Positions 23,250 to 43,577 of a stretch of DNA of 60,041 nt are shown piece after piece. The notes beneath the pieces are model-generated. The model had not been told where the DNA came from and searched no databases. It saw only the letters and a program-made list of their open reading frames with translations. How positions within the stretch are numbered: position 1 is the first letter of the stretch; each line of letters begins with the position of its first letter. The stretch comes from an uncultured bacterium (GTDB lineage: Bacteria > Bacillota > Bacilli > Lactobacillales > Streptococcaceae), in contig CAUOWW010000001.1 of the NCBI GenBank assembly GCA_963508345.1, positions 1 through 60,041 of the forward strand, in the 5' to 3' direction. Both the position numbers and the translations under genes were made by a program.

Positions 23250-24126
23250 GTTTTGTCTTGAAATGATAGTAGGCACCCAACATACCTGCTGTATTCTGAT
23301 GATGAGCAAATTCTAATCTCGTCTTATCTGCTAGACTTGGTACCAGAGATTCTTTCAAAGCTTTTCGAATTTTAGGCTTGAGAATAGCTTCTTGTCCCAT
23401 GATACCACCACCTAGAATAACTACTTCTGGATTGGCCACATAACAAATATTAGCTAGACCTTTCCCTAGATAGTCAACCATACGGTCGATACCATCCATG
23501 CAGAGTTTGTTCCCTTCAGTAGCTTCTTTAAAGATTCTACGACCATTCCACTGTTCGACTGGATCACCATGTGCTTCTGCTACATAACGAACCAAAGCTG
23601 TGGTTGAGGCTAAGTCTTGGAAAGCTCCATCCTGCATGTGTAGATAGCCAACCTCACAGGCAGAGTTACTAAAACCATGGAAGACTTGACCGTCAATAAT
23701 TAAACAACCACCAATACCTGTTCCAATGGTTAAGCAAAGGGTCACACTTGCTCCCTTACCAGATCCCGAAACTGCTTCTGCGAGGCCTGCACAGTTGACA
23801 TCATTTTCAATTTCACAAGGAATGTCAAAGCTAGTCTCGATTTCCTTCTTGAACTGTGTACCTGCATAATTTGGAATCTGTGGGCCAGCATAGAAAATCT
23901 CACCCTTGTCAGGATCCACCATACCTGCTGAAGAAATGGCAACACCTGCTACAGAATCTTTTTCAAGATAACTAGCTACAATCTGTTTGGTTTTCTCTAA
24001 AATATGGGGGCCACCCTTATGTGCCTCTGTTGGTATCTCATGCGATTCAAGAAGTTGCCCCTCTTGATCAACCAAACCATACTTGATGTTAGTTCCACCG
24101 ATATCAATTGCAATGTAGTTAGTCAT
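23242..24126 (-). CDS. nanK: ROK-family sugar kinase (N-acetylmannosamine kinase)
   Basis: IDIGGT, ENDVNCA, TIGTGIGG; nan context. Confidence 0.85.
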   Translation of the reverse strand: MTNYIAIDIGGTNIKYGLVDQEGQLLESHEIPTEAHKGGPHILEKTKQIVASYLEKDSVAGVAISSAGMVDPDKGEIFYAGPQIPNYAGTQFKKEIETSFDIPCEIENDVNCAGLAEAVSGSGKGASVTLCLTIGTGIGGCLIIDGQVFHGFSNSACEVGYLHMQDGAFQDLASTTALVRYVAEAHGDPVEQWNGRRIFKEATEGNKLCMDGIDRMVDYLGKGLANICYVANPEVVILGGGIMGQEAILKPKIRKALKESLVPSLADKTRLEFAHHQNTAGMLGAYYHFKTKQS

Positions 24127-24143
24127 AAATACCTCCTTATGAA

Positions 24144-25061
24144 TTAGAGGAAGCGCTCCTTAGTTTCACGAATCAAGGCTGCAGCTGCTTCCACAACTGG
24201 ACGATCTTCTTCAGTCACTGGTGTCAAAGGTGAACGAACAGATCCAATATTAAGTCCTTCATTGATCTTCAAGACTTCTTTAATGACACCATACATATTT
24301 CCATGTGCAGAAGTGAGTTTACCAATGATAGCGTTGATAGCGTATTGTAATTCACGCGCTGTTTCTAAATCTTTATCCGCAATCAATTGGTTGAGTTTCA
24401 AGAAGAGTTCTGGCATAGCACCGTAAGTACCACCGATACCAGCCTTAGCACCCATGAGGCGTCCTCCTAGGAACTGCTCATCTGGACCATTAAAAACGAT
24501 ATGGTCTTCTCCACCAAGGCTAACAAAAGTTTGGATATCTTGAACTGGCATAGAAGAGTTCTTCACACCGATAACACGTGGATTTTTCAACATTTCAGTA
24601 TAAAGACTTGGAGTCAAAGCAACACCTGCCAATTGAGGAATGTTGTAGATGACATAGTCTGTGTTTGGAGCTGCAGAACTAATATCGTTCCAGTATTTGG
24701 CAACTGAGTATTCTGGCAAGCGGAAGTAAATTGGTGGAATTGTTGCAATGGCATCTACTCCCAAGCTTTCAGCATGGCGAGCTAGTTCCATACTATCTTT
24801 AGTATTATTGCAAGCAACATGGGCAATAATAGTTAATTTACCTTTGGCAACTGCCATGACTTCTTCCAAAATCAACTTGCGGTCTTCAACGCTTTGGTAG
24901 ATACATTCGCCAGAAGAACCATTGACATAGAGACCTTGAACACCTTTATCAATGAAGTATTGAACCAAAGCACGCGTACGCTCTGGACTTACTTCTCCTT
25001 GATCATCATAACATGCGTAGAAGGCTGGAATGACACCTTCGTATTTTTTCAAATCTGACAT
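24144..25061 (-). CDS. N-acetylneuraminate lyase (DapA family)
   Basis: GSSGE, YNIP, GVKNSS motifs; start set at MSDLKKY (305 aa). Confidence 0.92.
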   Translation of the reverse strand: MSDLKKYEGVIPAFYACYDDQGEVSPERTRALVQYFIDKGVQGLYVNGSSGECIYQSVEDRKLILEEVMAVAKGKLTIIAHVACNNTKDSMELARHAESLGVDAIATIPPIYFRLPEYSVAKYWNDISSAAPNTDYVIYNIPQLAGVALTPSLYTEMLKNPRVIGVKNSSMPVQDIQTFVSLGGEDHIVFNGPDEQFLGGRLMGAKAGIGGTYGAMPELFLKLNQLIADKDLETARELQYAINAIIGKLTSAHGNMYGVIKEVLKINEGLNIGSVRSPLTPVTEEDRPVVEAAAALIRETKERFL

Positions 25062-25202
25062 AGATTTTCTCCTATTATTTTTATTTTCTGCTAAAGCAGA
25101 TTCCTTCTTTACTTCTTTAGTATACACTTTACCGAAAAGGCTTTCAATATCTTGTAGACACTTAGATTTTAGTTTCTTGCTTATAGAATAGCGTTTGGAG
25201 CG

Positions 25203-25220
25203 TTTGAAAGTAGTTTCAGA
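25203..25220 (-). promoter_or_regulatory. NanR operator upstream of lyase-nanK promoter
   Basis: Minus strand TCTGAAACTACTTTCAAA matches the pneumococcal NanR palindrome as I recall it (TCTGAAASTACTTTCARA); TTGAAA-17-TATACT promoter at 25119-25147. Confidence 0.75.
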
Positions 25221-25234
25221 AATAATTGCAACCC

Positions 25235-25879
25235 TTACTCATACTTAGCAAATAGCTTTTCCATCACTCCTACTTGTAAAAAAGCAAGAAGTCCAAAACC
25301 AAAGAGAATAAAAGCTGATCCTCCCAATAGAAGGGTAAAGGCTGATAGATATAGAATCATCAAAATCAAAAAGATAGTTGCGATCATCAAGATAAACCAA
25401 GGAGCGTTAAAACTAGCCAACATCAATCCTTTTTGAAGAATTTCTTTCCAAGATAGGTCATAACGTGCCGCGATAGGGTAACTAGCCAACATCACAATGG
25501 TAAGGAAAATCAGAATACCTAAACAAATGGCTTTCACCAATTGGAAGGGCAGAGCTGTTTGACCCCAGAAAAGATAAAGATCTAAAAGAGAAAGAAATAC
25601 AATTCCTAACTCCAACAACCCCAACTGAAAACCTAGTTTCAGATTTTGTCTAAAAACTCTTAGATAAGTTCTAAAAACTGGAACACGTCTACTTTGCTTG
25701 ATTTCAAACATTGTCTGATAGAGACTAATTTTGGCTACTCCAATCGTTACAACTGGTAAACAAGTTACTACAAAGAGAAGATTGACTGTTACAATATCTA
25801 AAACCTTCTCACTAATTCGCATTAGAAAATTATCTGTATCAAATGCAGCCTTGATGAGACTTCTTCCTTTTTGTGACAT
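25235..25879 (-). CDS. YesL/DUF624-family membrane protein
   Basis: NLLFVVTCLPVVTIG motif, multi-TM; follows sugar ABC genes. Confidence 0.8.
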   Translation of the reverse strand: MSQKGRSLIKAAFDTDNFLMRISEKVLDIVTVNLLFVVTCLPVVTIGVAKISLYQTMFEIKQSRRVPVFRTYLRVFRQNLKLGFQLGLLELGIVFLSLLDLYLFWGQTALPFQLVKAICLGILIFLTIVMLASYPIAARYDLSWKEILQKGLMLASFNAPWFILMIATIFLILMILYLSAFTLLLGGSAFILFGFGLLAFLQVGVMEKLFAKYE

Positions 25880-26014
25880 CTTTTACTCCCCCTATAATTT
25901 AATTCATATCACTTGCTAAATCATTCCGATTTATCAATTGATAAGATTCAACTCTTAAACTCAATTTTCAAAAGTGCTTAACAAGATAGTCATCAGCTAT
26001 CTCTACCTATCATT

Positions 26015-26467
26015 CTAATCAATTAAAATTTTAAACAAATACTTGCGAACTTGATCTTCCATACCTGCATAACCATTTGGTTGATGCGGCTCTCCTGGGA
26101 AGAAAATCGCAAAATTGTGATAACCCAACAAGAGTGGGTAATGTTCATGACAATGAACAAAGCCAATATCACTTGCTTCGTCAAATGCTACTGCTTCATC
26201 TTTAATACGTGAACCGTAGCTCGAATATTCATGCCCTTCTACCAACAAATGCAAGTCTGCATAGTTCTTATGATGTTCAAACTGATCGTTTTCAGCTTTA
26301 TTTAGGACATTTTCTTGAACAACTAGAAAGACCTTATCACCATCAATATCATATTTTCCTAACTCGAATGAATCTTTACGATGTTCATAAAGATAATCAA
26401 TTGCCTTGTCAAGATTGGGATGAATCCCTTTATAGAAGCTAATATTTTTCAAATCGTCAAAAATCAT
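26015..26467 (-). CDS. YhcH/YjgK/YiaL-family (NanQ-like) protein
   Basis: FEHHKNYADLH, FFPGEPHQP motifs. Confidence 0.88.
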   Translation of the reverse strand: MIFDDLKNISFYKGIHPNLDKAIDYLYEHRKDSFELGKYDIDGDKVFLVVQENVLNKAENDQFEHHKNYADLHLLVEGHEYSSYGSRIKDEAVAFDEASDIGFVHCHEHYPLLLGYHNFAIFFPGEPHQPNGYAGMEDQVRKYLFKILID

Positions 26468-26592
26468 TATTTTCTCCTTTAAAAATCGTCATTAAGCGAT
26501 TAAAACTAACACCTCCAACAGTGTCATTTACTGTCGGAGGCTTTTAGATAGTGCTAGCAATAGCCAATTGATACTGTAAAAGAAATCGTTTC

Positions 26593-27432
26593 TTATCCTT
26601 TAACAGCTCCCATAGTAATACCTTGTGTGAAGGATTTTTGGAAAACTAGGAAGACTGTTACGATTGGCACTGCAGCAAGAGCTGCACCTGCCATGATTAA
26701 ACCATAGTTGGTTGCCATTTCGGCTTGCATGGTCGCAACACCGAGTGAAATAGTTAAATTGTTACGTGAAGTCAACATTACCAACTGCATGAAGTAGTCG
26801 TTCCAAGTATTGATGAAGGTAAAAATTGCAAGAGCCGCAAACCCTGGTTTTACAATTGGGAAGGCTACGCTCCAGAAAGTACGAATCTCACCACAACCAT
26901 CGATTTTAGCCGATTCAAGCAACTCTGTTGGAATATTTTCACTAAATTGTTTCATAAGGAAAACCCCAAATGGCCATCCAATCAAAGGCAAGATAACCGC
27001 CCAGAGAGTATCGTGGATTCCCATGAAGTTGACGATACGTACCAATGGTACAAGGACAACTTGTTTTGGAAGAGCCATGGCAGCAATAAAGATTGCAAAG
27101 AGGATACGTTGACCATAGAAACGTTTTTTAGCCAATACATAACCTGCTAGAGATGAAGTTGCACAGACTAAGAACATAGTTACCAATGAGATAAATACAG
27201 AGTTCCACATCCACTGCATAGCAGGGTTTTGCACCATGAGTTGTTGGAAGTTCTCCATGGTCGGCATTTTAGGGAACCATTGTGGCGGAATCATAATGGT
27301 ATCAGGTTGTGACTTGAAGGCACCTGTCAAAATCCAGTAGAATGGAAAGATGAACAGCACGGTCAACAAGAGCAAAATGATTGTTGAAATAACAGTAAAG
27401 GCTGTTAATGGTTTCTTTTGTGTAGATTGCAT
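26593..27432 (-). CDS. satC: Sialic acid ABC transporter permease
   Basis: EAA loop ELLESAKIDG, WNDY; nan context. Confidence 0.85.
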   Translation of the reverse strand: MQSTQKKPLTAFTVISTIILLLLTVLFIFPFYWILTGAFKSQPDTIMIPPQWFPKMPTMENFQQLMVQNPAMQWMWNSVFISLVTMFLVCATSSLAGYVLAKKRFYGQRILFAIFIAAMALPKQVVLVPLVRIVNFMGIHDTLWAVILPLIGWPFGVFLMKQFSENIPTELLESAKIDGCGEIRTFWSVAFPIVKPGFAALAIFTFINTWNDYFMQLVMLTSRNNLTISLGVATMQAEMATNYGLIMAGAALAAVPIVTVFLVFQKSFTQGITMGAVKG

Positions 27433-27447
27433 AGCTGTCTCCTTTCT

Positions 27448-28335
27448 TTAATATTCTACGTCGTTTCCGAGTGCTTTAAATTGAACAAAGCTTACGATAG
27501 CAATCATAACTGCCAAGAAGACACCAATTGTGTTGGCATAACCATATTCTGTCAATTGGAAGGCTTTTTCGTACAGGTAATACATAAGTGTACTTGTTGA
27601 GTAGTTTGGACCACCTGAAGTCAAAAGCTGAATCAAGGCGAAAACTTGGAATGAGTTGATTGTTGTGATAATTGCGATATAAAGAGTTGTTGGAAGAAGG
27701 CTTGGCCATTTAATCTTCCAGAAAACTTGAAATTCAGTTGCACCGTCTACACGAGCCGCTTCAACCAGTGAATTATCAATATTACCCATGGCAGCGATGT
27801 AGAGGATAATTGGTTGACCAACTGAAGTTGTCAAGAGGATAATCATAATTGCCAGCAATGCCCAGTGTTTGTCTCCCAGCCATGAAATATTTTGAGTAAT
27901 AATATGACTTGATTTAAGAACAAAGTTCAAGATACCTGATAGTGGGTCATAAATCCATTTCCATACAACCGTTACGGCAACACTACCTGTTACGACAGGA
28001 AGGAAAAAGACAAAACGGTAGAAGGATCTGGCAATAGCATTTTGATGGTAGGTTTGCGACGCCACAAAGAGCGAAAAGAGAACAACAATCGGTACAGATC
28101 CAACAACCAAAATAACTGTGTTAATCAGAGATTTTGTAAAGACAGGATCTTTAAACATACGGATATAGTTATCTAAGCCCACAAATTCAAAACTAGTCAT
28201 AGAGTAGTTAAAGAAACTTGTGATGAAGCCCATAATCATTGGTACTAAAACGAAGACAATGAAGAAGAATAAAACTGGCGCTAGGAAAGCATAAGAAATA
28301 ATAGTTTCTCTCATACGAATTTTATTAACTTTCAC
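27448..28335 (-). CDS. satB: Sialic acid ABC transporter permease
   Basis: LVEAARVDGA loop; GTG start chosen by RBS spacing. Confidence 0.85.
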   Translation of the reverse strand: MKVNKIRMRETIISYAFLAPVLFFFIVFVLVPMIMGFITSFFNYSMTSFEFVGLDNYIRMFKDPVFTKSLINTVILVVGSVPIVVLFSLFVASQTYHQNAIARSFYRFVFFLPVVTGSVAVTVVWKWIYDPLSGILNFVLKSSHIITQNISWLGDKHWALLAIMIILLTTSVGQPIILYIAAMGNIDNSLVEAARVDGATEFQVFWKIKWPSLLPTTLYIAIITTINSFQVFALIQLLTSGGPNYSTSTLMYYLYEKAFQLTEYGYANTIGVFLAVMIAIVSFVQFKALGNDVEY

Positions 28336-28467
28336 TATCGGCACCTCTCTTTCCTTTTCTTTTATTAATAATCTCCTAAGAGAATGATGAAATACCTTTT
28401 AAATAAAAGCCCCCTTTTCTTACACAAGTGTGCAAAGGTAAAAGGGGCTACAAAATCTGTTTAGGTT

Positions 28468-29866
<1,399 letters not shown>

Positions 29867-29909
29867 TTTATCCGACGCTTACACCACTCTCCTCTATTTT
29901 GAGATTGTG

Positions 29910-30608
29910 TTATTTAAGACCCGCAACAAAGCGTTCTGTAATCTCTTTTGGTCTAGTAATAGCGCCACCAACAACAATACCTCTTACTCCGTAACCTAGG
30001 ATTTGTTTGGCTTGTTCTGGTGTATGAATTTTCCCTTCAGCTATAACATCTACACCCGCATCACAGAGCTTCTTGATTAGTTCAAAATCTGGACCGTCTA
30101 CCTTTGGACTGTAAGATGTGTAGCCTGATAAGGTTGTTCCAACGAAGTCAATTCCTGCTTCTACGGCTGCTAACCCTTCTTCGAAGGTACTAGTATCAGC
30201 CATCAAGAGCTGGTTAGGATATTTTTCCTTAACCTGACGGATAAACTCCTGAATCTCTAAACCATCGTAGCGTTCGCGTTTAGTACAGTCTAGAGCAATC
30301 ACTTCAATATCTAGTTCTGCTAGTTCATCAACTTCTTTCATAGTAGCAGTGATGAAGGGTTCTTGAGGTGGATAATCTCGTTTGATAATCCCGATAATTG
30401 GAAGTTTTGTAACCTCCTTTATTTCTTTGATATCACGAACACTATTGGCTCGGATACCGACTGCTCCACCTTGCTCAGCCGCTTTGACCAGCAAGGGGAT
30501 GACTCCTCCCGCTTCTGTATAAAGCGGTTCGTGAGGAAGGGCCTGACAAGAAACGATGATTCCATCTTTAATTTGATTAATCAAGGCTTCTTTAGTAATC
30601 TGTGGCAT
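29910..30608 (-). CDS. nanE: N-acetylmannosamine-6-phosphate 2-epimerase
   Basis: [26 protein letters not shown]; start MPQITK. Confidence 0.95.
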   Translation of the reverse strand: MPQITKEALINQIKDGIIVSCQALPHEPLYTEAGGVIPLLVKAAEQGGAVGIRANSVRDIKEIKEVTKLPIIGIIKRDYPPQEPFITATMKEVDELAELDIEVIALDCTKRERYDGLEIQEFIRQVKEKYPNQLLMADTSTFEEGLAAVEAGIDFVGTTLSGYTSYSPKVDGPDFELIKKLCDAGVDVIAEGKIHTPEQAKQILGYGVRGIVVGGAITRPKEITERFVAGLK

Positions 30609-30643
30609 CCTTTTTCCTCCTTTTCCTTTTTTCTTATGAGACA

Positions 30644-30744
30644 ATTATATACTATTTTTAAAGCGCTTTCAATACTTTGTAGTAGCATAGATTTCAGTTT
30701 CAAAAGTATTTTATAGAACAGCTGTTTCTAAAAGTAGTTTCAGC
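30644..30744 (-). promoter_or_regulatory. nanE operon promoter with cre over the -35 and upstream NanR operator
   Basis: TTGAAA-17-TATAAT (30644-30672); cre TGAAAGCGCTTTAA; GCTGAAACTACTTTTAGA at 30727-30744. Confidence 0.75.
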
Positions 30745-30777
30745 TCGGCCTTATTTTCAATTCACTTAGTACCTAAA

Positions 30778-30827
30778 ATGATAAAAAGAGATAGCCATCT
30801 TTCAAATGGGCCATCTCTTTTATCATT
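30778..30827. terminator. Terminator hairpin downstream of sialidase 1
   Basis: AATGATAAAAAGAGAT...ATCTCTTTTATCATT inverted repeat. Confidence 0.6.
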
Positions 30828-30863
30828 AACGATAAGCAAAATTCATTTTATTCAAGACCTAAT

Positions 30864-34403
<3,540 letters not shown>

Positions 34404-34542
34404 CTAGCTACAATCCAAACAGTAGCTCTTTCACTCCTTTCCTAGACACTTTTTCTTTATTATATAATAAAGTCATAGATTTATCTTGAGCTTGCCATAG
34501 AATAGATTTTACTTTCAGCAATATTTTAATATTTTAATATTT

Positions 34543-34560
34543 TTTAAAAGTACTTTCAAC
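34543..34560 (-). promoter_or_regulatory. NanR-like operator upstream of nanA
   Basis: Minus strand GTTGAAAGTACTTTTAAA; cre-like AGAAAGCGCTTTA at 34298-34310. Confidence 0.6.
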
Positions 34561-34599
34561 ATTTATAACAAAAAGAGAGCTACTGGGCTCTCTCATTCA

Positions 34600-35412
34600 T
34601 TATTTTATATACTTAAAAGGAATCGCACTACCACAGAGCCAGTTGTAGACTTGGTCATTGACAAAAACATTCATGGCTTCGTGGGCATACTCAGGCATGA
34701 TGCGATAGGCCTTATCGCAAGTCAGGCGGTTGTAAATCGCAAACTGGGTAATAGGGTAGCAAACATCATCGTCCAAGCCCGTAATCATCTTAACCTCACC
34801 CTTGATACGATGGGCAAGATTTTTCACATCGATATAGGCAAGGGTCGCCATGATTTCCTCCTCAGTTTCATGGAAGGGGTCGTGAAACTTGAAATAACGG
34901 AAAAGTTCGTCGTAAGCCTCGCTAGTATTACCAATCTCAAGCACTCGTCTAAAGTCTGACAAGAAGGGATAGATGGCAACTGTTTTCTGAATCCGAGGAT
35001 TGAGTGCTGCTGCAACCAAAGCTAAAGCCCCTCCTTGTGAGGCACCATAGCTAGAAAGTCGCTTCCCATCAACCTGAGGCAGACTGGCAATAATTTCAAC
35101 CAACTGGTAAATATCCAGATAAACATCCTTATAAAAGAGATGCTCTCGATCTTCCACAGCCCCACGGATAATATGTCCCTTAACCGTATTTCCTAAAGGA
35201 GAACGCAAACCGTCCTGTGAATAACCTGACTGTCCCCGCACATCCATTGAAACAACACCGTAACCAGACACAGTATAAGCCAGCATGTCAGCCCAGTCCC
35301 AGCCACGTCCCATATAACCATGGAAATGGAAGATTACAGGAACCTTCTCCTCACATTTCGGAAGAACGACTCGTGCATAGACCTTTGCGTCCTTGCTTAC
35401 CTCAAATGTTAT
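34600..35412 (-). pseudogene. 5'-truncated duplicate of the axe acetyl esterase gene
   Basis: Aligns with 42122-43102 from about codon 57 (ITFEVSKDAKVYARVV vs LTFEGTNAGKVYARVV); no native start; begins right after the upstream terminator; remainder open, GASQG retained. Confidence 0.85.
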
Positions 35413-35413
35413 A

Positions 35414-35455
35414 CCAGCCTAAAATCCTAACTCATTTTTAGGATTCTAGACTGGT
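35414..35455. terminator. Terminator hairpin downstream of the protease-sialidase gene
   Basis: CCAGCCTAAAATCCTAA...TTAGGATTCTAGACTGG imperfect inverted repeat. Confidence 0.6.
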
Positions 35456-35500
35456 TTATTTTATATGAACCTAAAAGTTCAACGAACAACTATAGACAAA

Positions 35501-41665
<6,165 letters not shown>

Positions 41666-41820
41666 TTACCTCACTTTAACTTTCAAAGTTAATTTGTGCA
41701 TGTGAATTCCAAACAACTTAATGAGTCCTGCAGCTTCATCCTCCTTCCTACTACACGACTTTCAATATATAATCTATTTTTAATATATATTATTTCTTTA
41801 AGTTTTAGACTTACTCTTAC

Positions 41821-41849
41821 AGTATAACACAAGCTGGAATCGCTTGCAA
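41821..41849 (-). promoter_or_regulatory. Promoter of the protease-sialidase gene with cre over the -35
   Basis: TTGCAA-17-TATACT with extended TG; TGCAAGCGATTCCA cre-like at 41835-41848. Confidence 0.65.
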
Positions 41850-42121
41850 TTATTGGATATAAATTTCATTCATCAAATTATTTTAAAACATAAAAAAGAA
41901 TAGCATTTTAAAATACAGAAATATATAATTTGATATATATTCTGACTTGTAGAGAAATTAAAATTGAATAACTATTAGTAACCTCACATACAATTCTAGC
42001 CATATAATAAACAATAATTTGTAAATAAGTTAAAACTCCTCCTATAGTTTCTAGTGAATTTTGTTGTTCACTGTCTGCTATAAGAGGAGTATATCAGAAA
42101 GCTAATAGGCTCTCTCATTCA

Positions 42122-43102
42122 TTATTTTATATACTTAAAAGGAATCGCACTACCACATAGCCAGTTGTAGACTTGGTCATTGACAAAAACATTCATGGCT
42201 TCGTGGGCATACTCAGGCATGATGCGATAGGCCTTATCGCAAGTCAGGCGGTTGTAAATCGCAAACTGGGTAATAGGGTAGCAAACATCATCGTCCAAGC
42301 CCGTAATCATCTTAACCTCACCCTTGATACGATGGGCAAGATTTTTCACATCGATATAGGCAAGGGTCGCCATGATTTCCTCCTCAGTTTCATGGAAGGG
42401 GTCGTGAAACTTGAAATAACGGAAAAGTTCGTCGTAAGCCTCGCTAGTATTACCAATCTCAAGCACTCGTCTAAAGTCTGACAAGAAGGGATAGATGGCA
42501 ACTGTTTTCTGAATCCGAGGATTGAGTGCTGCTGCAACCAAAGCCAAAGCCCCTCCTTGTGAGGCACCATAGCTAGAAAGTCGCTTCTCATCAACCTCAG
42601 GCAGACTGGCAATAATCTCAACCAACTGGTAAATATCCAGATAGACATCCTTATAAAAGAGCTGGTCACGACCTTCCACAGCACCACGGATAATATGCCC
42701 CTTAACCGTATTTCCTAGAGGAGAACGCAAACCGTCTTGCGAATAGCCCGACTGGCCTCGAACGTCCATGGAAACAACACCGTAACCAGCCACAGTATAG
42801 GCCAGCATGTCAGCCCAGTCCCAGCCACGTCCCATATAACCATGGAAATGGAAGATTAGCGGAACCTTCTCCTCACTCTTTGGAAGAACGACGCGAGCAT
42901 AAACCTTGCCTGCATTAGTTCCTTCAAAAGTGAGCTCAAAGCACTTGACTTGAGGAATGTGGAAATTTCTTTCCTCCAACTGGTAGACTGGAAGAGTTGA
43001 AACTTTTTTTACTTCCTCATCCCAGAAAGCATCAAAGTCTTCTGGAACCTCATCCCTGCCTTTATAAGTCTTGATTTCTTCTAACAAAGCTGGATTTTTC
43101 AT
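42122..43102 (-). CDS. axe1: Acetylxylan esterase/cephalosporin-C deacetylase family (CE7) esterase
   Basis: PEDFDAFW, FHGY, DVRGQ, GASQG, D and H triad residues; 326 aa. Confidence 0.9.
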   Translation of the reverse strand: MKNPALLEEIKTYKGRDEVPEDFDAFWDEEVKKVSTLPVYQLEERNFHIPQVKCFELTFEGTNAGKVYARVVLPKSEEKVPLIFHFHGYMGRGWDWADMLAYTVAGYGVVSMDVRGQSGYSQDGLRSPLGNTVKGHIIRGAVEGRDQLFYKDVYLDIYQLVEIIASLPEVDEKRLSSYGASQGGALALVAAALNPRIQKTVAIYPFLSDFRRVLEIGNTSEAYDELFRYFKFHDPFHETEEEIMATLAYIDVKNLAHRIKGEVKMITGLDDDVCYPITQFAIYNRLTCDKAYRIMPEYAHEAMNVFVNDQVYNWLCGSAIPFKYIK

Positions 43103-43120
43103 AGCATGCTCCTTTTATTT

Positions 43121-43236
43121 TGTAATCGCTATCACAACTGTAGCACATATAAGAAATCAATGCAAGAAAGAAGGGTAAATAGAAAGAGATTTTAGATTCT
43201 TTATTTTTGGGATGATGAACTGAAAGTAGTTTCAAA
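43121..43236 (-). promoter_or_regulatory. axe promoter with cre and NanR operator
   Basis: TTGCAT-17-TACAGT; cre TGATAGCGATTACA near 43121-43134; TTTGAAACTACTTTCAGT at 43219-43236. Confidence 0.65.
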
Positions 43237-43240
43237 AACA

Positions 43241-43266
43241 AAAAAAGAGCAGTTACGCTCTTTCTT
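43241..43266 (-). terminator. Intrinsic terminator after the 20-aa sORF
   Basis: AAAGAGC-GTAACT-GCTCTTT followed by a T-run on the minus strand. Confidence 0.6.
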
Positions 43267-43279
43267 ATCCTATTCAATC

Positions 43280-43342
43280 TTAGTTTTTTGCTTCTTTCTT
43301 TTGGAAAGTAGTTTGGTAATTTACTTTAATCGTTACTGTCAT
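43280..43342 (-). CDS. 20-aa small protein MTVTIKVNYQTTFQKKEAKN
   Basis: RBS GAGGA, own promoter and terminator. Confidence 0.6.
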   Translation of the reverse strand: MTVTIKVNYQTTFQKKEAKN

Positions 43343-43373
43343 GTGAGAGTCCTCGTTTCTTTTTGATGACTCT

Positions 43374-43406
43374 AGTATAAGGGACAAACCTGAAAGCTAG
43401 CTTAAG
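43374..43406 (-). promoter_or_regulatory. CiaR-type promoter
   Basis: CTTAAG-5 nt-TTTCAG direct repeat 10 nt upstream of TATACT, the known CiaR geometry. Confidence 0.7.
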
Positions 43407-43423
43407 ATTTCCTTATAGAAAGC

Positions 43424-43577
43424 TTATACTCAATGAAAATCAAAGAGCAAACTAGGAAACTAGCCGTAGGTTGCTCAAAGCACTGCTTTGAGGTTGTAGA
43501 TAAGACTGACGAAGTCAGTTACATATATAATCCAAGGCGACGTTGACGTGGTTTGAAGGGATTTTCGAAGAGTATTA
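43424..43577 (+). repeat. BOX element (boxA-boxB-boxC)
   Basis: TTATACTCAATGAAAATCAAAGAGCAAACTAGG...GATTTTCGAAGAGTATTA; overlaps the recG stop. Confidence 0.92.

Noticed and set aside
34600..35313. 237-aa esterase starting MGRGW as an independent gene
   Set aside because: Internal Met of a truncated axe copy; homology continues upstream and no clear RBS
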